Shown: positions 1 through 12,000 of the stretch, one piece after another | Layout: each line of letters starts with the position of its first letter | Position numbering within the stretch: the first letter of the stretch is position 1 | NCBI RefSeq assembly: GCF_001194135.2 | Contig: NC_068996.1 | Coordinates: 50,143,779 to 50,193,191 of the forward strand | Reading direction: 5' to 3' | Source: Octopus bimaculoides | Lineage: Eukaryota | Length of the DNA: 49,413 bases | Program-made: the position numbers and the translations under genes | Notes under the pieces: generated by a model | The model's database searches: none | The model's input: the letters and a program-made list of their open reading frames with translations, nothing else | Told to the model about the DNA's origin: nothing

Positions 1-79
1 GCTATAGATCCATAATGCATCTTAAAGCTGTACCTGTCACCTGTATGGTGAGGAATCCTACATTGGGGAGTAGTAACGA

Positions 80-328
80 CTAGGCTATGGTAGCTGACTG
101 ATTATCGTGATCATTCGTCTTTTGCTTTCCTGTAGCTTTGCTCTCTTTTACAAACCCAGTGAACATACATATATTTCCTATTTTAAAGAAATTCAAACAA
201 TACATATTACACACAAGTTAAAAAGATTCCCAACAATTAAACTTCTCTGGTTGACATTAATACACCCATCACTAATAGGGGCCTTAACTCCCACAATTTT
301 GCGTAGTTCTCGAGTTTTAGGGATTCAC

Positions 329-359
<31 letters not shown>

Positions 360-385
360 CACATTCTCATTTTTATATATATAGA
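80..385 (-). mobile_element. Putative non-autonomous Helitron-like element
   Basis: The minus strand starts A|TCTATATATATAAAAATGAG followed by (CTGT)n, a typical non-autonomous Helitron 5' end. A candidate CTAG|T 3' end lies at 80-83 with only a small hairpin, so the 3' boundary is weak. Confidence 0.4.
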
Positions 386-984
386 TTACAATTAGCCACC
401 ATTTTTAATGGCACACGGCCAGCTAGTGATATATATTGAGCCAACAAGATAGCTTCTGTGTAGTCATTTGGCCAGCTAGAAATAGTAGCTAAATTTCATT
501 CAAATTCCAAAAGATGTGATCATTATGAATTAAACTAAATGAGAGATTCCTTGATTAAAAATCGGATAGTTCCAAATTACCACTAATGGTTGAAATATCA
601 GTCTTAATTTACATATATTGAAATCAAGTCTCTAAATGTAAGTTCATTACAGTTATTATATCATTTCCTTTAGCAGACATATCCGATAATGAATCGAGGA
701 TGAACAGGCTGCAGAAATAGCCTGTTATATCAAGTACCAACATATACATCTGTTATGTCATTTGTAAAACACTCTTATGTTTCTAAATTTTTCTACATCG
801 ATTTATCAAATCACTAAGTTTAATCTTTCTGTGTAAAGGGGTACAACTCAAAACAAACATGGACATAGGCCTCCTCCACTTCCCCCACACCATCCCCATC
901 ATCTCTCCTCCTCCATTTCCACGTTCAAGTGTTAAATGTGATTGTACGCACATAAGTATGTTTGCGTGTATGCGTGCATGCGCG

Positions 985-1240
985 CACATGTATGTGTGTG
1001 ATCTTCATATCAAGTGATTCAAGTGATAGTTGTAAATGAGTGTCACTCTACTACAAGCAGTGTCATTAATTTCCAGTCTTTGGTAAAAACATGTCTGATT
1101 ACGTGGAAATATCTCCTTATTTGGAAATAAGTGAGGATTAGTAATAGGAAGGTCAGTCATTTGGCCATAGAAAATCTGCCTTTACAAGTTCCATCTGATC
1201 CATGCAAATGTGGAAAAAATGGACATAAAAGTAACATCAC
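985..1240 (+). mobile_element. Degenerate SINE 3' half (same family as 24640-24910 and 32360-32500)
   Basis: Shares blocks such as ...aggaagg...ccatagaa...ctgcct...ccatgcaa...ggaaaa with 24780-24890. Confidence 0.4.
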
Positions 1241-1509
1241 CATTGCTGTCATCACCAATGAAGAAGTTTGGGAAGGACAATTCAGGTTCTTCAATGGAAG
1301 ATAAAGGGTTTCCATCTTTTGGTTTAAAATTTCAAATCATTAAAACTCAGATATTTTCTACAATCAAAGTAAAGTTGAAATGCAAGAACAAAGATATTTG
1401 AATTTTAAAAATTTCAAAAAAATGAAATTGAAATTTTATTAAAACTAGAATTTTAAAAAAAACTATATTTACTTTTGAATCAGTAAAAAAAAAAATTATA
1501 TTAATTATA

Positions 1510-1911
1510 GGCACAGGAGTGGCTGTGTGGTAAGTAGCTTGCTTACCAACCACATGGTTCTGGGTTCAGTCCCACTGCGTGGCACCTTGGGTAAGTGTCT
1601 TCTATTATAGCCATGGGCTGACCAAAGCCTTGTGAGTGGATTTGGTAGACAAAAACTGAAAGAAGCCCATCGTATATGTGTATATGTGTGTGCGTGTGTG
1701 TGTGTGTTTGTGTGTCTTTGTTTGTCCCCACCAACATTGCTTGACAACCGATGCTGGTGTGTTAACATCCCTGTAACTTAGCGGTTCGACAAAATAGACC
1801 AATAGAATAAGCACTAGGCTTACAAAGAATAAGTCCTGGGGTCGATTTACTCGACTAAAGGTGGTGCTCCAGCATGGCCGCAGTCAAATGACTGAAACAA
1901 GTAAAAGAGTA
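1510..1911 (+). mobile_element. tRNA-derived SINE, CORE-like (octopus OR-type), full length
   Basis: Pol III A-box TGGCTGTGTGG (1520) and B-box GGTTCAGTCCC (1563), then a ggcaccttgggtaagtgtc CORE-like block, an internal (TG)n and a 3' tail actgaaacaagtaaaagag. Many copies occur in this window. Confidence 0.85.
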
Positions 1912-3104
1912 TTTAATTTGAATCAGTGAAAAAAATAGACCTATTTTTTATTCAAAAAGTTAAATTTCCATTTTAGAGAGACCTGCAATTATAATTTATT
2001 GAAACACAGATGACTATTACCTAAAAAAAGAAAGAAAAAGGGACAGATATAAGAAACAAATAATTATTGATCAAAATTTTTGTTCCTGGTTTTGAGATGT
2101 ATTTATTGTGGAAGAATATGTATCTGTTGTTATTGTTATTGTCGTTGTTTAGATCCAGATCTAGGAGATCTGTAATCAAGAAGTACCCCAGTTGTAACCA
2201 ATCAAGTTGTTTAAGGATAAGGGATCTGTTGGCTGAACTCATCTACTCTGTTTACTCTTTATTCAAAATGGTAAGGAATTATTTTAAGATCTGGCTGCTA
2301 TGTCTAGCAAGTTGAGTAACCACTTAGAGGCTCTGGCATTGGCTTGTAACAGAATATGTTGCTGTTGTTTAACCCCAGGCTAAACCTGATTGAGCAGTTT
2401 TTATGATCATCCAGTCTATTTAAATGTTATGTCATTTCCTAGTATAAAGAATTTATCTGAAGAAGATCAGACTTCTATTTTTAGCAGGTCGAGTATGCAT
2501 GCAGAGTCTCATTTGTTGGCATTGGTGTTCATTAAAATACCTTGTAGTAAACAGATGCAATGTTGTCTGCAGTTGCTGCATCCAAATACTGCAGTGATTT
2601 GGGTTTAGATGAAAAGAGGAAGAAAAGAGAACATAAGGTAATCAATACGAGAAATCGGTGAAGAAACACACACACACACACACACAAGTACTCAGTTATG
2701 CACATGCAGCCACACGCATACACATCCAGCCACATGCAGATGCATACACATATAAGAACACATGCATACAATCACACTTTCACATTTTTACATGCATACA
2801 GAAATAAAAATAATATATATGAATATGTAAAATTTTTATTTTCCAGAAAGAGGAAATTAGATAGAAAAACGGTTCAAATTATTTATATTAGACTGTTTGC
2901 TATGAAAATTTTGATTATGAAAATCAATACATCAAAATATGCTTTTTTTTATCTTTGATTTCTTTTTCTTTTTCTTTTTTCATTGGGAATGAGAGTACAT
3001 AAAGAACATTATGTTTTTGTGAGCAAAATTTAAACGGAAACAGTAAACAGCATGAGTAAAATTAAGCCTTTTTAGTTTACTATTATAATTCAATTTAAGA
3101 TTTT

Positions 3105-3320
3105 GAGCCAGCAGAATCATTAGAGCATTGGACAAAATGCTTTGTGGTAATGTTTTCAGTTCTTTAGATCCTGAGTTCAAATCCTGCCAAGGTCAGCATT
3201 GTCTTTCATCTTCTCAGAGTGGATAAAAAAAAGTACCAGTCCAGTACTGGGGTCAGTGGTAATCACTTATCCACCCCCACCCACCTTAAAATTACCAGTC
3301 TCATGCCTAAATAAGAATCC
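3105..3320 (+). mobile_element. tRNA-derived SINE with Meta/MESC-like central domain
   Basis: B-box-like GAGTTCAAATCC, then tgtctttcatc...gataaaaaaaagtaccag...ctggggtc. Homologous to 28891-29118. Confidence 0.7.
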
Positions 3321-3577
3321 ATTATAATTCCATACATATTTTGCATGCTGTGTAAGAATATTAAATTAACTTTGGTCCTTGACTGATACTTTAATTGATC
3401 AAACCCAGTGGAATGGAAAGCAAAGTTAACCTTGGTAGGTTTCATTTAGAATATAATGGGCATTGTCTCAATAATGTTGGTAATTAGGACGATGCTCTCA
3501 CAGATGTCAATTTAATCACCAAATCTTCTCTCCTCAAAATTTGTGGTCTTATGTTGTGCATCCAACAATATCTAAAA

Positions 3578-3745
3578 CAGCAGTTCTCAACAGTGACTCC
3601 CAGTGCCGCATGTGGCCCTCCAATATCCTTCTAGCAGCCCTCGATGGTCTTCCCTCTATAAATATAAATTCTTCTTTGATTGACTTTTATTTTACTTTTT
3701 TTGATGCAGCCCCCTAAAAAAATCTTGGTTTTGGATCTGGTTTGG
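3578..3745 (+). mobile_element. hAT (Charlie-like) non-autonomous element end
   Basis: Begins CAGCAGTTCTCAAC, like a Charlie TIR. Homologous to the reverse complement of 39555-39702 (shared ccccctaaaaaaatc..ggttttggatctgg). Confidence 0.6.
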
Positions 3746-4100
3746 AGAATAGAGTTGAATCCTTTCCTATAATCAAACCTTATTGCCACAAGGTTTTTAC
3801 AGTATTTTCTTACTTCAGAGACATAGCTTTGTTTATCAAAAATTGCTTGGAACATCCCCAGACTTTCTTCTTTCCACCTGTCTTCTTATCAGTCACTATG
3901 TTGTTGAACTCACTATGATTCTAGAGAAATTGGTTGAGACAACAGCTTGTACATAATGTTTATGGAAGCAATAGGTTCATAGTTTCCTGCTAGCTCAGTG
4001 ATTTTATTTTTGGCTGCAAGATTCATCTGTGCTAAAGGAATGTCAATCTGGCTTTCCATAGTCTTTTGAGCATACATATTGGCTTCAGATCTTAGCACAA
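3745..4100 (-). pseudogene. R4/Dong-clade non-LTR retrotransposon reverse-transcriptase fragment (frameshifted)
   Basis: Translates to GNYEPIASINIMYKLL (like GNYRPIACLNxxYKLL) and, after a frameshift, QFLINKA..EVRKYCKNLVAIRFDYRKGFNSI (like DYxKAFDSV). Confidence 0.7.
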
Positions 4101-4152
4101 GGCCAGCAAGTTCAGGTGAAGGGGTACATTGATTATATCAATCCCAGTGCAT

Positions 4153-4295
4153 GATTGGTACATATTTTATTGACCCTGAATGAATGAGAGGCAAATTCAA
4201 TTTCAGTGGAATTTGAACTCAGAGTGTAGAGATAGATGAAATGCCACATAGCATCTTGCCAGGCATGCAAGCAATTCTGCCAGCTCACCGCCTTC
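4153..4295 (-). mobile_element. Meta-like SINE, partial
   Basis: The reverse complement has a gagctggcagaattg head, GAGTTCAAATTCC and a cctctcattc..gggtcaataaaatatgtacc block. Confidence 0.65.
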
Positions 4296-4574
4296 TTTTG
4301 AATATACATAGGCATTCTGTAGGTTTTATACCAGTAGCCAACTGTTAGTCTCTTCCTGGTGCCTTTCTATTATGTGGCTTACCTTCAGTTATGGTGAAAA
4401 TGTGTATATTTTCTGTTGATATTGGTACATTACTCTGGTTGATTTTAAAATGATGCATTCTGGCTGAGATATCTCTGCTCGTTTCATTCCAGATCTTAGA
4501 CTAGAATGATCCAAGATCATTAGAAGGGGCTGTCTTAATGATAGTATGTTTCTTAATGGTAATAAGCATTCAAA

Positions 4575-5557
4575 TATGTATGTATGTATGTATGTATGTA
4601 TGGTATTATTCAGTTTTATTTCAAGCTATCTTGACAATAGAACAAGAGCCAATTGCTATCCTTGACAATAGAACAAGAGCCAATTGCTATCCTTGACAAT
4701 AGAACAAGAGCCAATTGCTATCCTTGACAATAAAACAAGAGCCAATTGCTNNNNNNNNNNCCAATTGCTATCCTTGACAATAGAACAAGACCCAATTGCT
4801 ATCCTTGACAATAAAACAAGAGCCAATTGCTATCCTTGACAATAAAACAAGAGCCAATTGCTATCCTTGACAATAGAACAAGAGCCAATTTCTATCCTTG
4901 ACAATAGAACAAGAGCCAATTGCTATCCTTGACAATAGAACAAGAGCCAATTGCTATTCTTGACAATAGAACAAGAGCCAATTGCTATCCTTGNNNNNNN
5001 NNNTGCTATTCTTGACAATAGAACAAGAGCCAATTGCTATCCTTGACAATAGAACAAGAGCCAATTGCTATCCTTGACAATAGAACAAGAGCCAATTGCT
5101 ATCCTTTATCCAAGGCTCCGTCATTGGAATTTTGACAACATCAACAATGTATTTTTTATGTATGTAAATGTGCAGTATTTGGAGTCAGTGCATGTGCAGA
5201 TGTGTATGTTTCGTTTTATGTATGTATAATCATGCATATAGATGCATATCTAGACATACGCATATATACTTAAATGATAAACCTCTGGAAAGCTTTACAG
5301 ATTTTTACAGTTCCAGTGATGGCTTGGATCTTTAGTCTTCGAATTAGCTTTCTCCTTTCTGGTTTGGAGAAGCCTAATTTCTCAAGATTGGTTCTTAGAC
5401 ACTGTGCCCCAATAATTACAGGTATAAATCTGAACTTGTGACCTGGGTAGAGTAACTGTAGATTTCTCAATAGTTCAGTGTAGGTATTCTCTTTTTCACT
5501 GATCTTTAGCTTTATGTTAACATCTGCTGGGCAGCTGATATCTCTATCCCAAATCAC
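4575..5557 (-). mobile_element. 3' end of an R4/Dong-like LINE (restriction-like endonuclease C-terminus, 3'UTR, (CATA)n end)
   Basis: ORF 5270-5557 reads DISCPADVNIKLKISEKENTYTELLRNL...FIPVIIGA, matching the RLE motif IDxxxPxDxNxxxKxxEKxxxY...IPVVIGA. The 3'UTR ends AATAAAACTGAATAATAC + (CATA)n. Confidence 0.75.
4625..5105. repeat. 31-bp minisatellite, about 15 units (two 10-N gaps inside)
   Basis: Unit CCAATTGCTATCCTTGACAATAGAACAAGAG starts at 4649, 4680, 4711, 4742 and onward, head-to-tail with no spacers. Confidence 0.95.
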
Positions 5558-5575
5558 TATGTCAGCCTATTATTT

Positions 5576-5613
<38 letters not shown>

Positions 5614-7329
5614 TAAATCAATCGCATAGCTGATTATTAACAATTTGTTTATCTTTCATTTTGATCCAATGCCGTTTGTTTTTGTTCTTCAACTTATGTG
5701 TATAAAGTTCGAAAGATCGCCAATTCTACTTAAACGCACATATCTCTCTATAAACATAGTATATGTAAACGAACCAAATAGAAACTTTTGCACGTTCATT
5801 CCATCTGCTGCAAATAGTAGTCATCTCTTTTATTTCACGCACTACGGTCCATAAATAAAAAAGAAAGAAAAAAAAGAAGAAATTATGTATCTAGGATACC
5901 GTAGTCTTGGCTACATTTTATAGCATTAAACAAATATAGGACGTTCACGACTTGACTAAGGAAAAGTCTGCTCATTCAGGCCTGACATGGAGTTAAATAA
6001 TAACACATGTATGCAACAATAAAAACAGAAGTTAACGAAGTCTAAATAATAACGTATGCGTTTGCATTGACAATTTCAGTTTCCACGAATGAAAGCTGCA
6101 GATGCAGCCAGAGTGACCATTATATTGCAGTAAATAATACGATAATGATTAAATATGCATTAGCTATTGCGGTATAAATTTCCCTCTGTTGTTGTTATCT
6201 AGAGCGTATGCTTGCTTGACACTCATTTCATAATCAATGGATTTATGCAAATGAGCTAACAAAATGAACTATGTAGGTCAGCAACAACGATCCCGTACTG
6301 GATCGGTTTATATCAAAGAATAACATGTGCTACCTTCTATCCACTCATCTCTCCCTTTCTTTCTCTTTCTCTCTGTCATTCAGTCACTCTCTCTCTCTCC
6401 CCCCCCTTTCTTTCTCTTTCTCTCTGTCACTCAGTCACTCTTTCTCTTTGTGTCTCTCTCTCTGTTTCTCCCTCAATATGTTTCTAGATCCTTCTACACT
6501 GAAACCAAGTACTGAGTAGCACTCATTCGGGGTATGTTTTATCGATCTATATGGTAAATTATCTATCATAGAAAACGAAAGTAGAATTCACTTCCTATTT
6601 CCTTTTTCTTAGCTTCCATTTTCAGCCACTGTTCCTATACTTAAACAATATTGAAATATCATACAACATATAGCTGGTCCTCCACATTTTCCTATCCAAA
6701 TTTCATCAATCAGATACTTGAGGTTTTGTTCAAGACCAGCTCAACCTTGAACAAGCCAACATATACTCAAAGCCATTCCAGATGTGGCCACTGCTACTAG
6801 TGTATTAGAACTACATTGTTCTTTCCTCTATGCGTCATTGCTTGCATGTATGTGTGTGCGCACGCGCGTGCATATACTTTGTGTGTGTGTGTGTGTATTT
6901 TAATCATTTCAAATCGGTGGAAGTCATAAAGTGACTCAGTGGCTGAGAGTTTCCTACATTACCAATGAGTCTGCCGTGCGCGCGCGCATGTTTGTATATA
7001 TGCAACTGCATGCCTGCACGTATGTATGTACGCAACCGGTGGGGGTCTCGTTCGGAAGTTCCAGGATTTACCACTATCATTTCCAGGTCTATTCTGGCCT
7101 GGACTAGTAGCCTCTGCCAGGATCCCAGCTATGGGTTAACTAGCAGATGTGATGACGATCCATCAGGTTGCGTAGTGAAACCACCGGGAGTGAGGGACTC
7201 CTAACTGTTATCACAACATCTTTTCAGGAGAGAGAGAGACACTCTGATGTGAAACCTGCAGTGTCACATGGTCACAAATCATCTCGCTTTGGCCTGTCTC
7301 TAAGGACTAGTTACAGAGGCTCAGACAGT

Positions 7330-7622
7330 GGTACTCGTCTGGTATAAGTGCTTATCACTATAATCCAATGACGTACAGATGTCTCTTTGTGGTGACCTCA
7401 TTTGTCATTCCATCTACTGAAAGTCGTATGGCAACGCATGCACGTGTGCAGACCGAACCACTTGGAGGAAGTGTTCAGTAAGTTACAACTTCCGTCTGTC
7501 ACCTATGCTTCAAACCATACAGAACTGAAGTGAGGCTGAATAGTCATGTGAGAAGTCATGGACAGAAAGTCAGAAATGCCATTGACAATGAAGAAGCACA
7601 AGGAGACGGTAATTATCTGTGA
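7330..7622 (+). pseudogene. Degenerate RTE-like LINE C-terminal fragment with a C2H2 zinc finger
   Basis: ADRTTWRK (like the RTE AxDRxxWR motif) near 7448, then in another frame CHLCFKPYRTEVRLNSHVRSH (C-x2-C-x12-H-x3-H, 7497-7559), stop at 7620-7622. Confidence 0.45.
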
Positions 7623-7835
7623 AGATGAAGCAATCATCATAAATGTGTGGCGGGTGTTTGTGTATATGCGCATGTGTATGTGCGTGTACATGTATTCACT
7701 TACACATACACATATATGTACTTGTATGTATTTGTTTATATACACATACATACATACATGCATACATACATACATGCATACATACATACATACGTACATA
7801 TATATTCTGAAGTGTACAGTATTTTACATCCATTA

Positions 7836-7929
7836 CGGCTGATCTTACCAATCAGTTTCGCCCTGGGGATTCAACGGAGTGTTAGGTGACAATCCGATTA
7901 TGTAAGCCTGCGCTCATCAGAGCTAGCCG
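7836..7929 (-). ncRNA. Minimal type I hammerhead ribozyme motif (Penelope/retrozyme type)
   Basis: Minus strand reads cggctagct-CUGAUGA-gcgcagg..40 nt..ccagggc-GAAA-c-ugauug-GUA-agaucagccg. All core nucleotides are present, with stems I and II and a palindromic stem III. Confidence 0.6.
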
Positions 7930-8980
7930 ATATGAAATGAAATATGGCGACTGCTCTCTATTTTTGGAGGTGAATAGACACATCCAATTTGCAGTTGCTG
8001 TGAAAAAGATGATGAAACAAAACGATTAGGGGATTGAGTTAAGAGTTATGTCCTTTGGTACAAAACCCTAACCACTAGAGTGATTATGTTGCAAGTCGGC
8101 AAGAGTTTTCTGGAAGTGTTTGTGGGAAATGTGTGTGTCCTTAAGGTTGGTGTTCTTGCAGAAATAGAATTTGTGTAGTGGTATTATATGTATAACCTTT
8201 GCAGGGCGTGTGGACATACACATCTGTGTTCGTTAGTGTGTTTTTCTTTTATCAATCAGTTAAGTTCGTAGACCTTTATGTGTACATGTGAATGGGTACA
8301 ATGAGCGTGAGAATTTATATTGGAGGGTGGGGTGGAAAACAGTCTTTTGGGTATGTGTCCGCTATGTTGGGACGTGCGTTAGTGTATGCTCTGATCAAAC
8401 TCTTTGCTGGAGTCCAAGGTATTGGCGGAGGGCNNNNNNNNNNNNNNNNNNNNNNNNNNNNNNNNNNNNNNNNNNNNNNNNNNNNNNNNNNNNNNNNNNN
8501 NNNNNNNNNNNNNNNNNNNNNNNNNNNNNNNNNNNNNNNNNNNNNNNNNNNNNNNNNNNNNNNNNNNNNNNNNNNNNNNNNNNNNNNNNNNNNNNNNNNN
8601 NNNNNNNNNNNNNNNNNNNNNNNNNNNNNNNNNNNNNNNNNNNNNNNNNNNNNNNNNNNNNNNNNNNNNNNNNNNNNNNNNNNNNNNNNNNNNNNNNNNN
8701 NNNNNNNNNNNNNNNNNNNNNNNNNNNNNNNNNNNNNNNNNNNNNNNNNNNNNNNNNNNNNNNNNNNNNNNNNNNNNNNNNNNNNNNNNNNNNNNNNNNN
8801 NNNNNNNNNNNNNNNNNNNNNNNNNNNNNNNNNNNNNNNNNNNNNNNNNNNNNNNNNNNNNNNNNNNNNNNNNNNNNNNNNNNNNNNNNNNNNNNNNNNN
8901 NNNNNNNNNNNNNNNNNNNNNNNNNNNNNNNNNNNNNNATATATATATATATACGCATATATATATATATATATATATGT

Positions 8981-9017
<37 letters not shown>

Positions 9018-12000
9018 AACATTTTTTGTATATTTTTGTGTATTTTTTTTATTAATATTCAGTAGAAGCAACAGAGTGACTCAAGGGCCGAGGTTAGCAC
9101 TTATCAAACTAGTTACAAATTAAGGAGTTGTGAATTTATATACCGGTGATAGTGGTATTTACCTGGATACTTCTGGAACAAATTATAGAAACGATTGTTC
9201 CAGAAATATCCAAATATACAAGTTTCTATATTCCTATTGTCGAGTTATAATTTGCTAACAATGATTATATATAATAACTAAGAGCTAAGCAAAAGAAATT
9301 GCTCGACTAGCATTTCTTATTTTACCCAGAGAATTGTATTTGATTAATTGTAACAACTTTAAAATATCATGTTTGCACGAGAAAAAGCATAGATTTCTGT
9401 TTTAAGGTAGGTAATTTATTAACTAATAAAATATGTCGCACTTCAATAAAGTTTGCTTTCTTTCTTGTTTCCAGGAGAAGAAGGGGCTATTGCTATGATG
9501 TTCCAGTGAAGTTCGTATTTTGTATTCGAATTGTTAAAATAAAATGTGTACTTAGCTAGTTTAGTTAAATTTTATAATTAAAAAAAAATATTTCTAAGGC
9601 TGTGTGCAAGCTGCAGCGACCCTTAAAAGAATTAAATCTGATATCTGTTGATGTTATGACACTACATCTGTAAAAAAACGTTGCTCACTAAAACAATATC
9701 TCTAAGGGGACAAGTAGAAGTCGTTCTAAAGTTACAATTTAAGACAAAATTTTGTGAAACTGACTTGCGTTCATACATGTTTGAACTTTTATGACTAACC
9801 TTTGTTTCTATATTATTAACAACATCATTGCTACTACTTACGTTATCTTTCTGTTTGGATGCTGCCCATCAAGTAGACTGACCGTGTAACCACCAAAGGG
9901 GTTCTGTTTGCATCTAGATATCCAACCTTGTCATCTTACTACAACTCTACCTCCTCTAGCTCGGTCACATACAGATAGGAAGTTCCCGAAAGACCTCTAG
10001 CAAGAGAACAGAGGGCCGACCACGTTTTCGTTTCAATGTGCGACATAAAATCTCTTTGCTTGAACGTTGAAACTAGGAGGATAGTTCTCGTGATATCTCC
10101 AACGTGAGATTGGAACTAGGCAAGAGTTTAAAAAGACGAAAGGAGAAATTTAGACTTGCTGATAATGAAAAGTAAAATGAGGGGGAGGAGCAACACAGGA
10201 AACCCCAGTGGCCGAAGCCAGGTCTGTAATTCATGTGTGGGTCTTTTACAGACACGACACATGCCAACAAAGTCGAAGCAAAAGTTTCTGATGCAAACCA
10301 AAAATATGCTTCCAATTCCAAAATGCGTGTGACGCGGGAGGGGAGGGAGCATGTGTGCAGTGTGCTGAATTTGAAGCAGTGGTGTGGTAGAATTATGATG
10401 TTCCTGCAGTTTTTCAGGTATTCTATCACAATTAGGTTTCCGTATTTAAATCAATCGGATTCTCACTTTTCAAACAGACATCACTTTTTCCCGCCTCAAG
10501 TGAAAGCGTTTAAAAAAGGGAGAAACAAAAACACGAAAAACAAAACAAAACATTTTCAATATTTACCATTTTAAAACATTACATTACTATTAAGTTACAC
10601 ACGCGCGCGTTTTGAGTGCTATTTATCTTCTTTTTACAAAATCCGTATATAAACATAAATTTAATGATTTGTGTCCAAATTGTAACTAATCAACTGCTGT
10701 GGTGTATGTGTGTGATGCTACGAATATAAGTTATAAAAAGATACCATGAAAGAAGCTTACATTTCATTTTCCGTTACGGAGTTGTTAATGAAAACTATAA
10801 AAATTTATTTATTATTGGTTCCATGTGTCTCACAGTTGCAAAGATTGTGGGAGAAAGTATAATGTTGTATTGTTCAATCCTTTTCCTTGAGTATTAACGA
10901 GGGAATAAAGTGAAACGGTTAAAACTAGAGAGAGGAAGAGGGTCGCAGACACTACATTCTACCGAGTGGTCAGTGGAGTTCCGGAAAAGTTACACTGTCG
11001 TAAATGAATGAAGAATCGAGCGCAAATTTTGCTGGAATTAACACTTGAAGGTTTCGGAATAGATAAATGATATATTTTATTTAATCATGGCGTCAATTAA
11101 TTTAATTGAACAGAAAGAAAAAAAAGTTTAAGCAAAATGGGATAATAAAGAACGAGCTTAATACTAATAAATCTTCAGCAATCTCTGTTTTTCTTTCTCT
11201 CTAAGCCTTAATTGTTGTTGCATATGCATTAATAATAGCAATTAAGAAGATTAGAAATTATACCGTCGCAAACAATAGCGTATAATCTGTCTTAATTGCT
11301 CCTATTAAAATAAAGAAAGCATTATAAAATTTAGTATTATTTATTAATAATTATGTTAGAAACAATTATCATAATTAACTGAAGTCGATATAATCAATTA
11401 TACCCTTACTTTCTCAATTTGAGACTGTGCCTCTGTAAGAAAATATAAGTAGCAATAACTGTACTCTAACTATTGTGTACATTATATATATATATATATA
11501 TATATATATNNNNNNNNNNNNNNNNNNNNNNNNNNNNNNNNNNNNNNNNNNNNNNNNNNNNNNNNNNNNNNNNNNNNNNNNNNNNNNNNNNNNNNNNNNN
11601 NNNNNNNNNNNNNNNNNNNNNNNNNNNNNNNNNNNNNNNNNNNNNNNNNNNNNNNNNNNNNNNNNNNNNNNNNNNNNNNNNNNNNNNNNNNNNNNNNNNN
11701 NNNNNNNNNNNNNNNNNNNNNNNNNNNNNNNNNNNNNNNNNNNNNNNNNNNNNNNNNNNNNNNNNNNNNNNNNNNNNNNNNNNNNNNNNNNNNNNNNNNN
11801 NNNNNNNNNNNNNNNNNNNNNNNNNNNNNNNNNNNNNNNNNNNNATATATATATATATATATATATATATAATGAATGACAGAAATAGAGGGTGTGTGCT
11901 AGTGCTTATATATACGTAATATATGAGAAAAATGCTTTGCATATATATTTTATTACATATTTCCCACCATCACCCACTCATTCGCCTATTTATATAGTTA

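Noticed and set aside
1510-1590. tRNA genes at SINE heads
   Set aside because: The A/B boxes run straight into SINE bodies, with no complete cloverleaf or terminator.
4625-5105. 31-bp repeats as a CRISPR array
   Set aside because: The units are directly adjacent with no unique spacers, there are no cas genes, and the context is eukaryotic.
7503-7889. YI/CV/TH-rich ORFs (also 2532-2958, 12749-13063, 24459-24703, 43221-43521)
   Set aside because: These are translations of (TA)n, (CA)n and (TATG)n microsatellites.
7960-8433. Penelope RT/GIY-YIG coding remnant upstream of the hammerhead (minus strand)
   Set aside because: Only faint hints (FPPHPP, PCKG) with many stops, not enough to call by eye.
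8288-9071. Long ORFs spanning N-gaps (also 11466-11942, 41422-42373, 44244-45133, 45892-46882)
   Set aside because: Their length comes from Ns translated as X and from flanking microsatellites.
9063-9520. Exon-like segments 9063-9093 and from 9476
   Set aside because: Splice-like signals are present, but there is no in-frame ATG linking to Jupiter. They may be UTR exons and cannot be supported from sequence alone.
10073-10429. 118-aa and 74-aa minus-strand ORFs
   Set aside because: No recognisable domain or convincing splice structure; lengths are compatible with chance.
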